This document shows, piece after piece, positions 50,629 to 62,763 of a stretch of 64,000 nt of DNA. The notes beneath the pieces are model-generated. The model ran no database searches. It worked only from the letters and a program-made list of their open reading frames with translations, and was not told where the DNA came from. Source of the stretch: Prevotella sp. Lineage in GTDB: Bacteria; Bacteroidota; Bacteroidia; Bacteroidales; Bacteroidaceae. Numbering within the stretch: the first letter of the stretch is position 1; every line of letters begins with the position of its first letter. The stretch covers positions 3,214 to 67,213 of the forward strand of contig JAFVEE010000121.1 in NCBI GenBank assembly GCA_017478085.1, in the 5' to 3' direction. Both the position numbers and the translations under genes were made by a program.

Positions 50629-51334
50629 TTTATACTTAGGAACTTTCATGATTCTTTTCATATGTTCTTGTGCTCATAAATCAGGGCATTTGCAACCTCA
50701 ACGAACAAAAACGCAGACTTATATTTCAGAAAATGGCCCCATTGTAAAGAAGCCAAGTCACAAGGGGAACAAGATGGAAGGGTATCAAGTTTTTGAAAAA
50801 TATCATTCTGCTGTATTTATGGTATACACAACAGATGGGACAAATGTTTATCAAGGATCAGGGTTCTTCATCGATGACAATGGACTTGCTGTTAGCAATT
50901 ATCATGTATTTAGGAACACAGGAATTGGGATGGAAGTTGTCAAACTCGAGAATGATGAAACTGCCTATAAGGTTTCAGACATATATACACGCAATGAAGA
51001 ACACGATTTTATTTTGTTTCGGATTGAATGTAACAGAACAAACTTTATACCAATCGCGCAAAGCAAACCTAACATAGGTGACAGAATCTTTGCGATAGGC
51101 AGTCCAAGAGGATTGGAAAACACCTTTTCATCAGGTGATGTTTCCCAATGGCGAGATGATTACCTCATGCAAATCAGTGCCGCTATAGATCACGGTAGCA
51201 GCGGTGGAGCTTTGATTAACGAATATGGCGAAGTCGTGGGCATTACCTCTGGTACGCTCTATGAGGGGTCACAAGCTAATCTGAATTATGCTTGGAGTAT
51301 TGAGGCTGTAAAGCCATATATCACCTTTAAATAA
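50615..51334 (+). CDS. Trypsin-like (S1C) serine protease, lipoprotein, no PDZ domain
   Basis: GSGFFI, SNYHV (His), HDF (Asp) and HGSSGG (Ser); lipobox-like CSC. Confidence 0.88.
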   Translation: MKKNSLYLGTFMILFICSCAHKSGHLQPQRTKTQTYISENGPIVKKPSHKGNKMEGYQVFEKYHSAVFMVYTTDGTNVYQGSGFFIDDNGLAVSNYHVFRNTGIGMEVVKLENDETAYKVSDIYTRNEEHDFILFRIECNRTNFIPIAQSKPNIGDRIFAIGSPRGLENTFSSGDVSQWRDDYLMQISAAIDHGSSGGALINEYGEVVGITSGTLYEGSQANLNYAWSIEAVKPYITFK

Positions 51335-51341
51335 AACTATT

Positions 51342-52118
51342 ATGAATGTAAAATATTATTATAGGCCTTTGTTGTCCGTCATGTTGGCAAGCTTGATATT
51401 GGCCTGTACAGATGGTGGAAAGAGACTGTTAGATGATGGGACGTCGGGTATGTGCGACACAGTGTATATACATGACACACTTGGTGGTAATGCAAATGGA
51501 GAGTATGTCTATAACCTTCCTTGTAAGGTTGTGAACATCCACCAAGAAAAGGAAGGTAAGTCGCTGCTGTTTATATGGTTGCACGGGGGAGTAAAAGACA
51601 GAACGATGCATGACTTATTCGAAATGAATCATTTGGACTGTTGTGCGGCAGATGACAGCGTACTGAATTATCTGCACGAGAAGGACATGAAAGCGATAGC
51701 GCTGTTTCCCATTTGCCACAAAGCAGAAAAGAGCAATTGTGTGGCATGGAGAGATTGCTATAACGATGTAATGAGGACGATCCGTGATTTGGTGGATAAA
51801 GGTCTCGTTGACCGTAAACGCATCTATTTGGCCGGCTCGTCCGATGGAGGAACGGGCACATGGGATTTCTTGCAGATAAGTGAGCAAGTGTTTGCCGCAG
51901 CCATGCCTATGTCGTGTGGCAATCCCAAAAGAGCTACGGTTCCTGTATATTTCTTTAACACGCAAGCTGAGCCAGACTGCACGTCACAGGTTCAGTCATT
52001 AAATAAGCAGGGGAGCAACATAACATATAAGCACTCCTCAGCAAAATGGCATGGCCGTGATGACATCGAGGTTACGCACGATTTCTTGGACAGATTCTTC
52101 TCGAATATAAAGAAATGA
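51342..52118 (+). CDS. Alpha/beta hydrolase lipoprotein (esterase/peptidase-like)
   Basis: Lipobox ILAC; WLHGG; RIYLAGSSDGG (GxSxG); C-terminal WHG. Confidence 0.8.
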   Translation: MNVKYYYRPLLSVMLASLILACTDGGKRLLDDGTSGMCDTVYIHDTLGGNANGEYVYNLPCKVVNIHQEKEGKSLLFIWLHGGVKDRTMHDLFEMNHLDCCAADDSVLNYLHEKDMKAIALFPICHKAEKSNCVAWRDCYNDVMRTIRDLVDKGLVDRKRIYLAGSSDGGTGTWDFLQISEQVFAAAMPMSCGNPKRATVPVYFFNTQAEPDCTSQVQSLNKQGSNITYKHSSAKWHGRDDIEVTHDFLDRFFSNIKK

Positions 52119-52128
52119 ATTGGCGTAT

Positions 52129-52872
52129 ATGAGAAAGTGTCTGTTTGTTTGCCTCTTTGCAATAGTTTCTTTGGATTTGTGCGCCCAATATGTAAAGAAT
52201 ATTGAACTGCCAGCTCCTTTAAAGAACACAAAGGAGCAGATTCTAAGACGAAAGGGCTACACCGTCTCGTACAACAAGGATTTGAAGATACCTAATTGGG
52301 TAGCGTGGCACCTGACTGCGGAGCATGCCATTGGTACGGTGGAGCGTTTCAAAGGCTATATAGAAGATGAAGATGTACCTAAACCGCGAGCGACAAATGA
52401 GGATTATCGTGGAAGCGGCTGGTCGCATGGTCACATGTGCCCTGCTGGTGATAACAAATGGGACGAACAAGCAATGCGAGAGACATTCCTCTTAACAAAC
52501 ATGTGTCCTCAAGACAGAAGTCTGAATAGCGGTTTATGGAATAGAATCGAGATGGACTGCCGTAAATGGGCTCAAAAGTATGGCAGCTTATATATCGTAT
52601 GCGGCCCCTTGTTTTACAACAAACAACATGAAACTATTGGGGTGAACAAAGTGGTGGTTCCAGAGGCATTCTTTAAGGTGATACTTTGTATGCAAGGAAA
52701 GCCCAAAGCTATTGGATTCGTTGTCAAGAATAATGCAGGAACAAAGAAGAAAGATCAATATGTAAATACGATTGACGAAGTGGAGCGAATTACTGGAATA
52801 GACTTCTTCCCTGCTCTACCCGACAGCATAGAGAATAAAGTGGAAGGATATGCAAATATCAATGATTGGTAA
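52129..52872 (+). CDS. DNA/RNA non-specific endonuclease (NucA/EndA, His-Me finger), exported
   Basis: Signal peptide; PNWVAW, SHGHMCPAGD, TNMCPQ, LNSGLW and VPEAFFK motifs. Confidence 0.92.
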   Translation: MRKCLFVCLFAIVSLDLCAQYVKNIELPAPLKNTKEQILRRKGYTVSYNKDLKIPNWVAWHLTAEHAIGTVERFKGYIEDEDVPKPRATNEDYRGSGWSHGHMCPAGDNKWDEQAMRETFLLTNMCPQDRSLNSGLWNRIEMDCRKWAQKYGSLYIVCGPLFYNKQHETIGVNKVVVPEAFFKVILCMQGKPKAIGFVVKNNAGTKKKDQYVNTIDEVERITGIDFFPALPDSIENKVEGYANINDW

Positions 52873-52873
52873 T

Positions 52874-54283
52874 ATGACAAGAAAGTTTTATCTCCCTTTA
52901 GCAGCAATTTTGCTGCTTTGCCTCGCCCCGATGCCGTATGGCTATTTCCAGTTGGTGAGGTTCCTCTCAACAATAGCGTTTGGAGTGATGGGATTCCGCT
53001 ATTACAAAGAACAGAAAGAGGCACTGACCTATGCTTGTGGCGTGCTGGCACTACTGTTCCAGCCTTTCTACAAGGTTGCATTGGGACGGACGATCTGGAA
53101 TGTCGTGGATGTCATTGTCGCCATTGGACTGATTGTGCTGTTCCTATATGAATGGAAGAAAGGGACGGACAGAAAGGTAAATAAGGTGGTGGACATACCA
53201 CCAGGCAATATAATCGCAGAGCCTGTGGAGGACAACAACTTTGAGTTTTCGCTCCAAGGTAGACTTGACCCTAAGGAGCTGGTGTATGTGGCCAGTGAAG
53301 AGGACGAGGCGCTAACGAAATTGTTTGAGACCCGCCCTGAGGTGCTGGAGGGCTGGGGACAGATGATTGGGTTCCACATTGTCTATCTGCCGTTGCTCAT
53401 CAGGAAACTGCAGGATAAGCGTGTGCTACAATACCGGGCACCCTATCTGGACGAGGTGGAACTGGAAGGGGTGATGATTGAGCGCTCGGCCAAAGAACGC
53501 TTGCAGGGCAAGAATGACTTCATACTTCAGTATCTGGAGAACCCGGCTGACAGAAAGAAGATCAAGCAGGGATTCATGCGTACTGAAGACATTCACCGAG
53601 GGAGCGATGGCAAGGACAAGGCGACGAACCGCTTCTATCCTCTTTCGTCTACGAACGGTGAGCCTCTGGCCGACCAGCTGCACAGGATAGGGAAGCGGAT
53701 TTCGGCAGAAACAGAGAGGTACGACCGATTGCTGGAGAGCAAATCGGCGGGGGCTGATGATTGGGGCGATGCTGATGATGGTGACTCGACCGATGACTTG
53801 ATAGAGGAGGTGCGCGAGCGAATAGCAAGGTTGCGGCAGCGGGGCATAGCGGAGCATATTTTGGAACAGCTGATTCGGCCCGACAACCGTTTGAGCAGGC
53901 TTGTCATAACCAAGGACTGGCGCATCGTGCTGCCCGACTATAACGACATGGAAATCAAGATGGAGCCGCTGGTGAAGGCCGTCTATCTGTTGTTCTTACG
54001 CCATCCTGAGGGAATAGCCTTCAAGCTGTTGCCAGACTATCGGCAAGAGCTGACAGAAATATATTCGAAGCTGAGGCCTACCGGGCTGACCGAGAGGGCT
54101 TTGCAAAGCATAGAGGACGTGACGAACCCGATGCTGAACTCGATTAACGAGAAATGTGCACGCATACGTGGTGCCTTCCTTAGCCAATTTGACGAGTATA
54201 TGGCAAAGAGCTACTACATCGACGGCCCGAGAGGGGAAGCGAAGAGAATTGCCCTGCCCAGAAACTGGGTGGCGTGGGAATGA
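52874..54283 (+). CDS. Membrane-anchored protein: DUF6804-like TM N-terminus + conserved C-terminal putative winged-helix domain
   Basis: MPYGYFQLVRF...LFQPF...IWNVVD; C-terminal EPLVKAVYLLFLRHPEGI...SINEKCARIR. Confidence 0.65.
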   Translation: MTRKFYLPLAAILLLCLAPMPYGYFQLVRFLSTIAFGVMGFRYYKEQKEALTYACGVLALLFQPFYKVALGRTIWNVVDVIVAIGLIVLFLYEWKKGTDRKVNKVVDIPPGNIIAEPVEDNNFEFSLQGRLDPKELVYVASEEDEALTKLFETRPEVLEGWGQMIGFHIVYLPLLIRKLQDKRVLQYRAPYLDEVELEGVMIERSAKERLQGKNDFILQYLENPADRKKIKQGFMRTEDIHRGSDGKDKATNRFYPLSSTNGEPLADQLHRIGKRISAETERYDRLLESKSAGADDWGDADDGDSTDDLIEEVRERIARLRQRGIAEHILEQLIRPDNRLSRLVITKDWRIVLPDYNDMEIKMEPLVKAVYLLFLRHPEGIAFKLLPDYRQELTEIYSKLRPTGLTERALQSIEDVTNPMLNSINEKCARIRGAFLSQFDEYMAKSYYIDGPRGEAKRIALPRNWVAWE

Positions 54284-54376
54284 AACTGAATTTTCGGGGC
54301 AATTTGTTCACATTTTTATCTCGACTGGCTTATAATCTCGGAAATTTTATCTAAATTTGCAGAAAATTTTGTGTGA

Positions 54377-56800
<2,424 letters not shown>

Positions 56801-56878
56801 TGCTTTGAAATTCATTTGCAAAAGTACGAAAAAAGGTTGTAACAAACGAGCATTTTTCGAAAATTCTTTGCAAACAAA

Positions 56879-57078
56879 GCCTCCTTTACAGACCGTCCCC
56901 AAAGGACGGTCGAAAGCTTAGTATATCTTTAGATATACCTTTAAAAAGAGAGGAGTCACTGGCAGTGACTCCTGTAGGCAGTTATACAAAGTGTATATGG
57001 CACAAATACACTTTGTATTTGGCATAAATACACATTGTATCTGGGCTACATACAGGGGATGATTCATTCATTGCCCCT
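56879..57078. repeat. Cluster of hairpins plus a 22-bp period array
   Basis: Inverted repeats at 56891-911, 56921-938, 56951-973, 56984-57018 and 57054-078; ataca units at 56984, 57006, 57028 and 57050. Confidence 0.8.
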
Positions 57079-57189
57079 ATTAAAGTATCGTAAAAGTTTG
57101 GGGCTAATATGCGGTAATTGGCATAAAATCTGTATATTTGCAAGGAAGTTCCCTTTATGTGTGATTTGTAACCACAATATTTCCGCAAT

Positions 57190-60100
57190 ATGTCAAGTGT
57201 AAGAATAGACTATCTGCCATGCGTCAACTACTCGATGATGAATAGTGGCGTGGAGGTGTGCAACTCGTTTGTCCTGGAGAATGCCAGCGAGCGTGACTGG
57301 CAGGAGATAGAGGTCGGCATCGTCGGCGAGTATATCAAGGAGAGCCATTGCCGGATAGAAAGTCTGAGGCAGGGCCAGTCGCTCCAAGTGAAGAGCTTGA
57401 AGATAGAGCCCGACTTCCAGAGGCTGAGCGAGCTGACCGAGGCCGTGAAGACTTCCTTTAGCGTGCGCTTAAAGGAAAGGGGCGAACTGCTGCTTGAGGA
57501 AGACCACCCGATCACGCTCCTCTCGTATGAGGAGTGGGCGGGCACCACCGTGATGCCCGAACATATTGCGGCCTTTGTGGTGCCCAATCATCCACTGCTG
57601 GCCAGGGTGAAGCTCTCGGCCGCCCAGTTCCTGCAGAAGTGGACAGGCTCGTCGGCCTTCGACGAATACCAGACGCAGGACAGGAACAGGGTGCGTGCCC
57701 AGGTGGCAGCCATCTACGAGGCCCTGCGCTCCGAGGGCATTGTCTACTCGGCTCCTCCCGCCAGCTTCGAGGCCACAGGCCAGCGCATCCGTCTGGCCGA
57801 CAAGGTGCTTACAGAGAAGATGGGCACCTGTCTTGACACGGCGCTGCTCGTGGCTTCGTGTCTGGAGTCGGTGGGCATCTATCCCATCGTGGTGCTGTTG
57901 AAGGGGCATGCCATGGTGGGTGCCTGGCTCACGCCCAACATGTTTCCGCAGATGGTGGGCGATGATGCCAGCTACCTGCTGAAAGAGACTGCCGATGGCA
58001 ACCATAACTTGGTGCTGCTCGAGTCGACAGCCATCACCGCTTCTGGGGGCGTGAGCTTCGAGGATGCTGTCAGTTCGGCCCTGGGCAAACTGAACGACGA
58101 GCGCCAGTTCCTGTACTTCGTGGATATTCACCGTTGCCGCCTGGGAAACGTCAGGCCCTTGCCCCAGCGCATTCTGAAGGATGGAGCCTGGACGGTGGTC
58201 AATGAGGGCGTTGAGCACCAGAATGCCACCGATGGCGTGAACAGCCTGCACCACTACGACCTGCGGTTGGAGTCTACCGGCATGCCCACCACGAAGCAGA
58301 TGATCTGGGAGCGCAAGCTGCTGGACTTCTCGCTGCGCAACAACCTGCTGAACACCAGGTTAGGCCGCAAGGTGGTGCCTTTCATCTCGTTCCAGATAGA
58401 GCATCTGGAAGACCACCTGCAGAATGGCGAGGACTACTTCATCATGCCTTCGCCGGGAAAGAAGATCGAGCCCAATGCCGACGGGATGTATGACTCGGCC
58501 CAGCAGGCTGCCGAATATCAGCAATACGCATCGGAACTGATAGGCAGCCACAAGATAGCCTCTTACCTGACCGACACCGAGCTGCAAGGAGCCTTGAAAT
58601 ATGTTTACAGAATGGCCCGCACCTCGCTCGAGGAGAACGGAGCCAACAGTCTGTTCCTGGCCCTGGGCATGCTGAAGTGGTATGAGACGGCCAAGAGCGA
58701 ACAGCCCCGCTATGCGCCCATCCTGCTCTTGCCGGTAGACATCGTGCGCAAGAGCGGCCATAACTACGTCATCAGGAAGCGCGACGAGGACATCATCCTG
58801 AACATTACCCTGGTGGAGCTGCTGAAGCAGAACTTCCAGATCAGCCTCGACGTGCTGAAGGAACTTCCCAAAGACGAGAGTGGGGTAGACGTGAAGCTCA
58901 TCTTCACCTACTTCCGCAGGGCCATTATCGAGCAGAAGAAGTGGAACGTGGTGGAGGAGTCGATGCTGGGCCTGTTCTCGTTCAACAAGTTTGTGATGTG
59001 GAACGACATACACACCAATGCCGACAAGCTGAAGGAGAACGTGGTGGTGGCCTCGCTCATAGAGAAACAGGACAAGCACGAGGCACCTGCCGACGTGGTC
59101 GATGCCAGGAACATTGACCGCGACAACAGCCCCATGGACTTTGCCATTCCGCTGGATGTAGACTCGTCGCAGATGGAGGCCATCGTAGAGTCGGGCCGTG
59201 GTCGCAGCTTCATTCTGCATGGCCCTCCCGGCACGGGCAAGTCGCAGACCATCACCAACATGATAGCCAACGCCCTGTATCAAGGCAAGCGCGTGCTGTT
59301 TGTGGCCGAGAAGATGGCCGCCCTCTCGGTGGTGCAGTCGAGGCTTGAGAAAATCAACCTGGCCCCTTTCTGTCTGGAGCTTCACTCAAACAAGGCCACC
59401 AAGAAGCACTTCCTGGAGCAGATGGACCAGGTGCTGAAGGTGACGAAGATCAGCTCGCCTGCCGACTACGCCAAGAAGTCGGAAGAGCTGTATGCCGAGC
59501 GCAAGGAGCTCATCAGCTACATGGAAGCCCTGCACCAGAAGACCGAGAGCGGGATGAGCCTCTATGAGTGCATATCGGACTACCTGTCGATAGCCGAGGA
59601 TGAGGCCTACGAACCTTCGCTCACGAAGGATACCATAACCGCCCAGTTCATTGAGCAATGCAAGAGCCAGGTGGAGCAGCTCGATGCCATCCTGAGCATC
59701 GTGGGGCAGCCTGGCCAGAACGGACTATTTGGCTTGGAGCCTATAGATAATAAGCAGGATACGCTCGACACCATTCACCGGGTGCTGCAGCAGTTCAGCA
59801 CCAGTCATGGCAGTTTCACTACAAAGGTAAGTGCCTTCAGCAACTCAACGATGCTGGCCCTGAAGACAGAGGCCGACCTTCGCTGGTTGGAGATGTTTGC
59901 ACAGGCCAATGCCACGGCCAGGCGAAACGAGGAACTGCACGACCGCATTCTCTCGTCCTATCGTGAAGACATACTCCGCATAGATGTGAATGCCTATCGC
60001 CGGGAGTGGGAAGAGGTGCAGTCGAAGTGGTTCTTGCCCCGCTTCTTTGCCAAGAAGAAGTTCCTGCAGTCGCTGCAAGCCTTTGGCCAGATATTCGAGT

Positions 60101-62763
60101 CTGGCATCGACGACACGCTGAACATTGTGGATGACTATCAGACGACCAACCGTCAGCTGGCGACGATGACCGAGGAGATGGTGGCCTTTGCCCATGCCAA
60201 CGGGTTCAGCCATCAGGAGCGCCAGCAGGCCTACGACAACTATATCGCCGCTCAGCCTGGTGCTGCCCGCAAGCAGGAGTTCCAGTACGATGCCGAGCAG
60301 ATCATTGCGCTCAACAAGGAACTTACCGCCCTGACCGAACAGCTCCAGGCGCTGACGCTTGACAAGCACGGCAAAGACGATGTGGCCAGTCACTGCGACA
60401 CGTGGCTCAGCCACTATCAGGACATCAGGGACTGGTACCACTGGGTCGACAAGAAGCAGGAACTGCAGCGTCTGGGTCTACCCACGTTTGTAGGTATGCT
60501 GGAGCAGGGCGTAGCGCCCGTGCATGCCATGAACAGCCTGCTGAAGGGCATGTACCACCAGCTCATTGCCATCACCATCGACGAGAGCCAGCAGCTCAGA
60601 ATGTTCAACGGACTGAAGTTCCGGCAGCAGATCGAGAAGTACAAGCGCGACACGGCCCGTTTCCAGGAGCTGAGCAAGCAGGAGCTCTACTGCAAGTTGG
60701 CTGCCAGGGTGCCGTCTACACAGACGGCCACTGCCGATGGGTCGGAGGTGAGCATCCTGAAGCGCAACATAGCCAACGGTGGCCGTGGCAACTCCATCCG
60801 TTCCATTCTCGATAGCATTCCCACGCTGCTGCCCAGGCTCTGCCCTTGCATGCTGATGAGTCCTATCTCGGTTGCCCAGTACATTGACCTGAATGCCGAG
60901 AAGTTCGACCTCGTGATCTTCGACGAGGCCTCGCAGATGCCCACCAGCGAGGCCGTGGGTGCCATAGCCCGCGGCAAGGCGCTCGTGGTGGTGGGCGACA
61001 GCAAGCAGATGCCTCCCACCAGCTTCTTCACTTCGACGCAGGTTGACGAAGAGGAAGCCGACATCGACGATATGGAGAGCATACTCGACGACTGCATCAC
61101 CCTCTCGCTCTGCGAGCATCAGCTCAACTGGCACTATCGCAGCAAGCACGAAAGCCTCATCGCCTTCAGCAATTCGCAGTACTATGGCAACGACCTGCTG
61201 ACCTTCCCCTCGGCCGATGACCATGCGGCCAAAGTGAGGCTGGTGCCCGTAGATGGTGTCTACGACAAAGGCCACACGCGCAGCAATCCCGAGGAGTCGA
61301 AGGCCATTGTCGACGAGATTCTGCGCAGGCTTGCCGATCCCCAGCTCAGGAACTACAGCATAGGCGTGGTGGCATTCAGCAAGGTGCAGGGCGACCGCAT
61401 AGAGGACGACCTTATAGAGCAGCTTGACAAGCACCCCGACCTGAAGGAGATTGCCATGAACGGCAAGGAGCCTATCTTCGTGAAGAACCTGGAGAATGTG
61501 CAGGGCGACGAGCGCGATGTCATTCTGTTCTCCATTGGCTATGGTGCCGACAAGAATGGCCGCGTGTCCATGAACTTCGGCCCGCTGAACAATGCCGGTG
61601 GCGAGCGAAGACTGAACGTGGCCGTATCGCGTGCACGCTACGAGATGATCGTCTACTCCACCCTGAAGGCCAGCCAGATAGACCTGAAACGCTCGCACGC
61701 CAAGGGCGTCGAAGGACTGAAGGCATTCCTCGAGTTTGCCGAGACAGGGCGGCTGCCATTGGTCTCGGGCACCACCCACGATGCCGACAACAACGTGATG
61801 GTGGGCCAGATATGCGAGGCCCTTACGGCCATGGGCTATATCACAGAGTCGTTGGTGGGCAGGTCGAAGTTCAAGGTCGACATAGCCGTCAGCACACCCC
61901 GTCAGCCTGATAGGTTCATTCTGGGCATTCTGTGCGACGGCCGTGCCTACTACGAGACGAAGACCACGCGCGACAGGGAGATTGTGCAGCCCAACGTGCT
62001 GCGCATGCTGAACTGGCGCGTGATGAGGGTCTACTCCATTGACTGGTACGAGAATCGTGAACGTGCGCTCGCCCAGATTGTCGACGAGCTGAAGCAGGCC
62101 GAGGCCGCTGGCACCCAGCAGCAGGCAGAGCCGAAAGCCAGAGAAGAGAAGCCTGCCTACGTTTTCGATTCTGAGAAGATCAAGGGCGCCAGTCTTGTAG
62201 AGGCCGTTGCGAGGAACAAATCGCTGCGCCCATACAAGGAGTGCGAAATAGAGCCCGTCAGTGTAGACAAGGACAACTATACCCCACAGAGCGGCATCAA
62301 CCAGAGGATGATCAAGCGCATACTCAAGGACGAGCAGCCCGTGACCGAGGGCTACTTGTGCAAGCGTCTGGCCAAGGCACTGGGCTTCGGCCATGCGGGG
62401 GCCAACATTCAGAAGGCTGTGGCCTACGCCGCGACGGGGCTCTATCGCGACCCGCTCACGGTGGGGGGCATCGTCAGCTACTGGCTCGACAGGGCGAGTG
62501 CCCGCGACTATGGCTACTACCGTGCCCCCTCGGCCCGTACCATCACCGAGATCCCTCCCATCGAGGTGGCCAATGCCATCAAAGAAGTGATTGAGGAAGA
62601 GTTCTCCCTGCCCCAGGAGAAGATACCCACCATTGCCGCCAGGAAGCTGGGCTTCTCGAGCGCGGGTGCCAAAATAAGTGAAGCCATCAATGCCGTTATA
62701 GCCCAGTTGCAGCACGACGAGGTGCTCGTGGTGAACAACGGCCTGGTGTCGCTACGCGCGTAG
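57190..62763 (+). CDS. DUF4011 / SF1 (Upf1-like) helicase / Vsr-like nuclease / DUF3320 protein (Gao Hhe-type anti-phage), with N-terminal transglutaminase-like domain
   Basis: WERKLLDFSLRNNLL (DUF4011); GPPGTGKSQT; IFDEASQ; GDSKQMPP; QGDERD; RLNVAVSRAR; KVDIAV...ILCDG...W nuclease; GTCLD...GHA; -7 box at 57133-57140. Confidence 0.85.
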   Translation: MSSVRIDYLPCVNYSMMNSGVEVCNSFVLENASERDWQEIEVGIVGEYIKESHCRIESLRQGQSLQVKSLKIEPDFQRLSELTEAVKTSFSVRLKERGELLLEEDHPITLLSYEEWAGTTVMPEHIAAFVVPNHPLLARVKLSAAQFLQKWTGSSAFDEYQTQDRNRVRAQVAAIYEALRSEGIVYSAPPASFEATGQRIRLADKVLTEKMGTCLDTALLVASCLESVGIYPIVVLLKGHAMVGAWLTPNMFPQMVGDDASYLLKETADGNHNLVLLESTAITASGGVSFEDAVSSALGKLNDERQFLYFVDIHRCRLGNVRPLPQRILKDGAWTVVNEGVEHQNATDGVNSLHHYDLRLESTGMPTTKQMIWERKLLDFSLRNNLLNTRLGRKVVPFISFQIEHLEDHLQNGEDYFIMPSPGKKIEPNADGMYDSAQQAAEYQQYASELIGSHKIASYLTDTELQGALKYVYRMARTSLEENGANSLFLALGMLKWYETAKSEQPRYAPILLLPVDIVRKSGHNYVIRKRDEDIILNITLVELLKQNFQISLDVLKELPKDESGVDVKLIFTYFRRAIIEQKKWNVVEESMLGLFSFNKFVMWNDIHTNADKLKENVVVASLIEKQDKHEAPADVVDARNIDRDNSPMDFAIPLDVDSSQMEAIVESGRGRSFILHGPPGTGKSQTITNMIANALYQGKRVLFVAEKMAALSVVQSRLEKINLAPFCLELHSNKATKKHFLEQMDQVLKVTKISSPADYAKKSEELYAERKELISYMEALHQKTESGMSLYECISDYLSIAEDEAYEPSLTKDTITAQFIEQCKSQVEQLDAILSIVGQPGQNGLFGLEPIDNKQDTLDTIHRVLQQFSTSHGSFTTKVSAFSNSTMLALKTEADLRWLEMFAQANATARRNEELHDRILSSYREDILRIDVNAYRREWEEVQSKWFLPRFFAKKKFLQSLQAFGQIFESGIDDTLNIVDDYQTTNRQLATMTEEMVAFAHANGFSHQERQQAYDNYIAAQPGAARKQEFQYDAEQIIALNKELTALTEQLQALTLDKHGKDDVASHCDTWLSHYQDIRDWYHWVDKKQELQRLGLPTFVGMLEQGVAPVHAMNSLLKGMYHQLIAITIDESQQLRMFNGLKFRQQIEKYKRDTARFQELSKQELYCKLAARVPSTQTATADGSEVSILKRNIANGGRGNSIRSILDSIPTLLPRLCPCMLMSPISVAQYIDLNAEKFDLVIFDEASQMPTSEAVGAIARGKALVVVGDSKQMPPTSFFTSTQVDEEEADIDDMESILDDCITLSLCEHQLNWHYRSKHESLIAFSNSQYYGNDLLTFPSADDHAAKVRLVPVDGVYDKGHTRSNPEESKAIVDEILRRLADPQLRNYSIGVVAFSKVQGDRIEDDLIEQLDKHPDLKEIAMNGKEPIFVKNLENVQGDERDVILFSIGYGADKNGRVSMNFGPLNNAGGERRLNVAVSRARYEMIVYSTLKASQIDLKRSHAKGVEGLKAFLEFAETGRLPLVSGTTHDADNNVMVGQICEALTAMGYITESLVGRSKFKVDIAVSTPRQPDRFILGILCDGRAYYETKTTRDREIVQPNVLRMLNWRVMRVYSIDWYENRERALAQIVDELKQAEAAGTQQQAEPKAREEKPAYVFDSEKIKGASLVEAVARNKSLRPYKECEIEPVSVDKDNYTPQSGINQRMIKRILKDEQPVTEGYLCKRLAKALGFGHAGANIQKAVAYAATGLYRDPLTVGGIVSYWLDRASARDYGYYRAPSARTITEIPPIEVANAIKEVIEEEFSLPQEKIPTIAARKLGFSSAGAKISEAINAVIAQLQHDEVLVVNNGLVSLRA

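Larger units (their letters stand above)
41050..54283 (+). mobile_element. AT-rich, probably horizontally acquired island (single operon; no integrase seen)
   Basis: Visible drop in GC and switch to A/T-ending codons relative to the flanks; 12 co-oriented ORFs (11 genes if the split pair is joined) with overlapping or very short spacers. Confidence 0.7.

Noticed and set aside
56879-56979. tRNA gene
   Set aside because: No TTCG T-loop or D-loop consensus, and the stem geometry does not fit.
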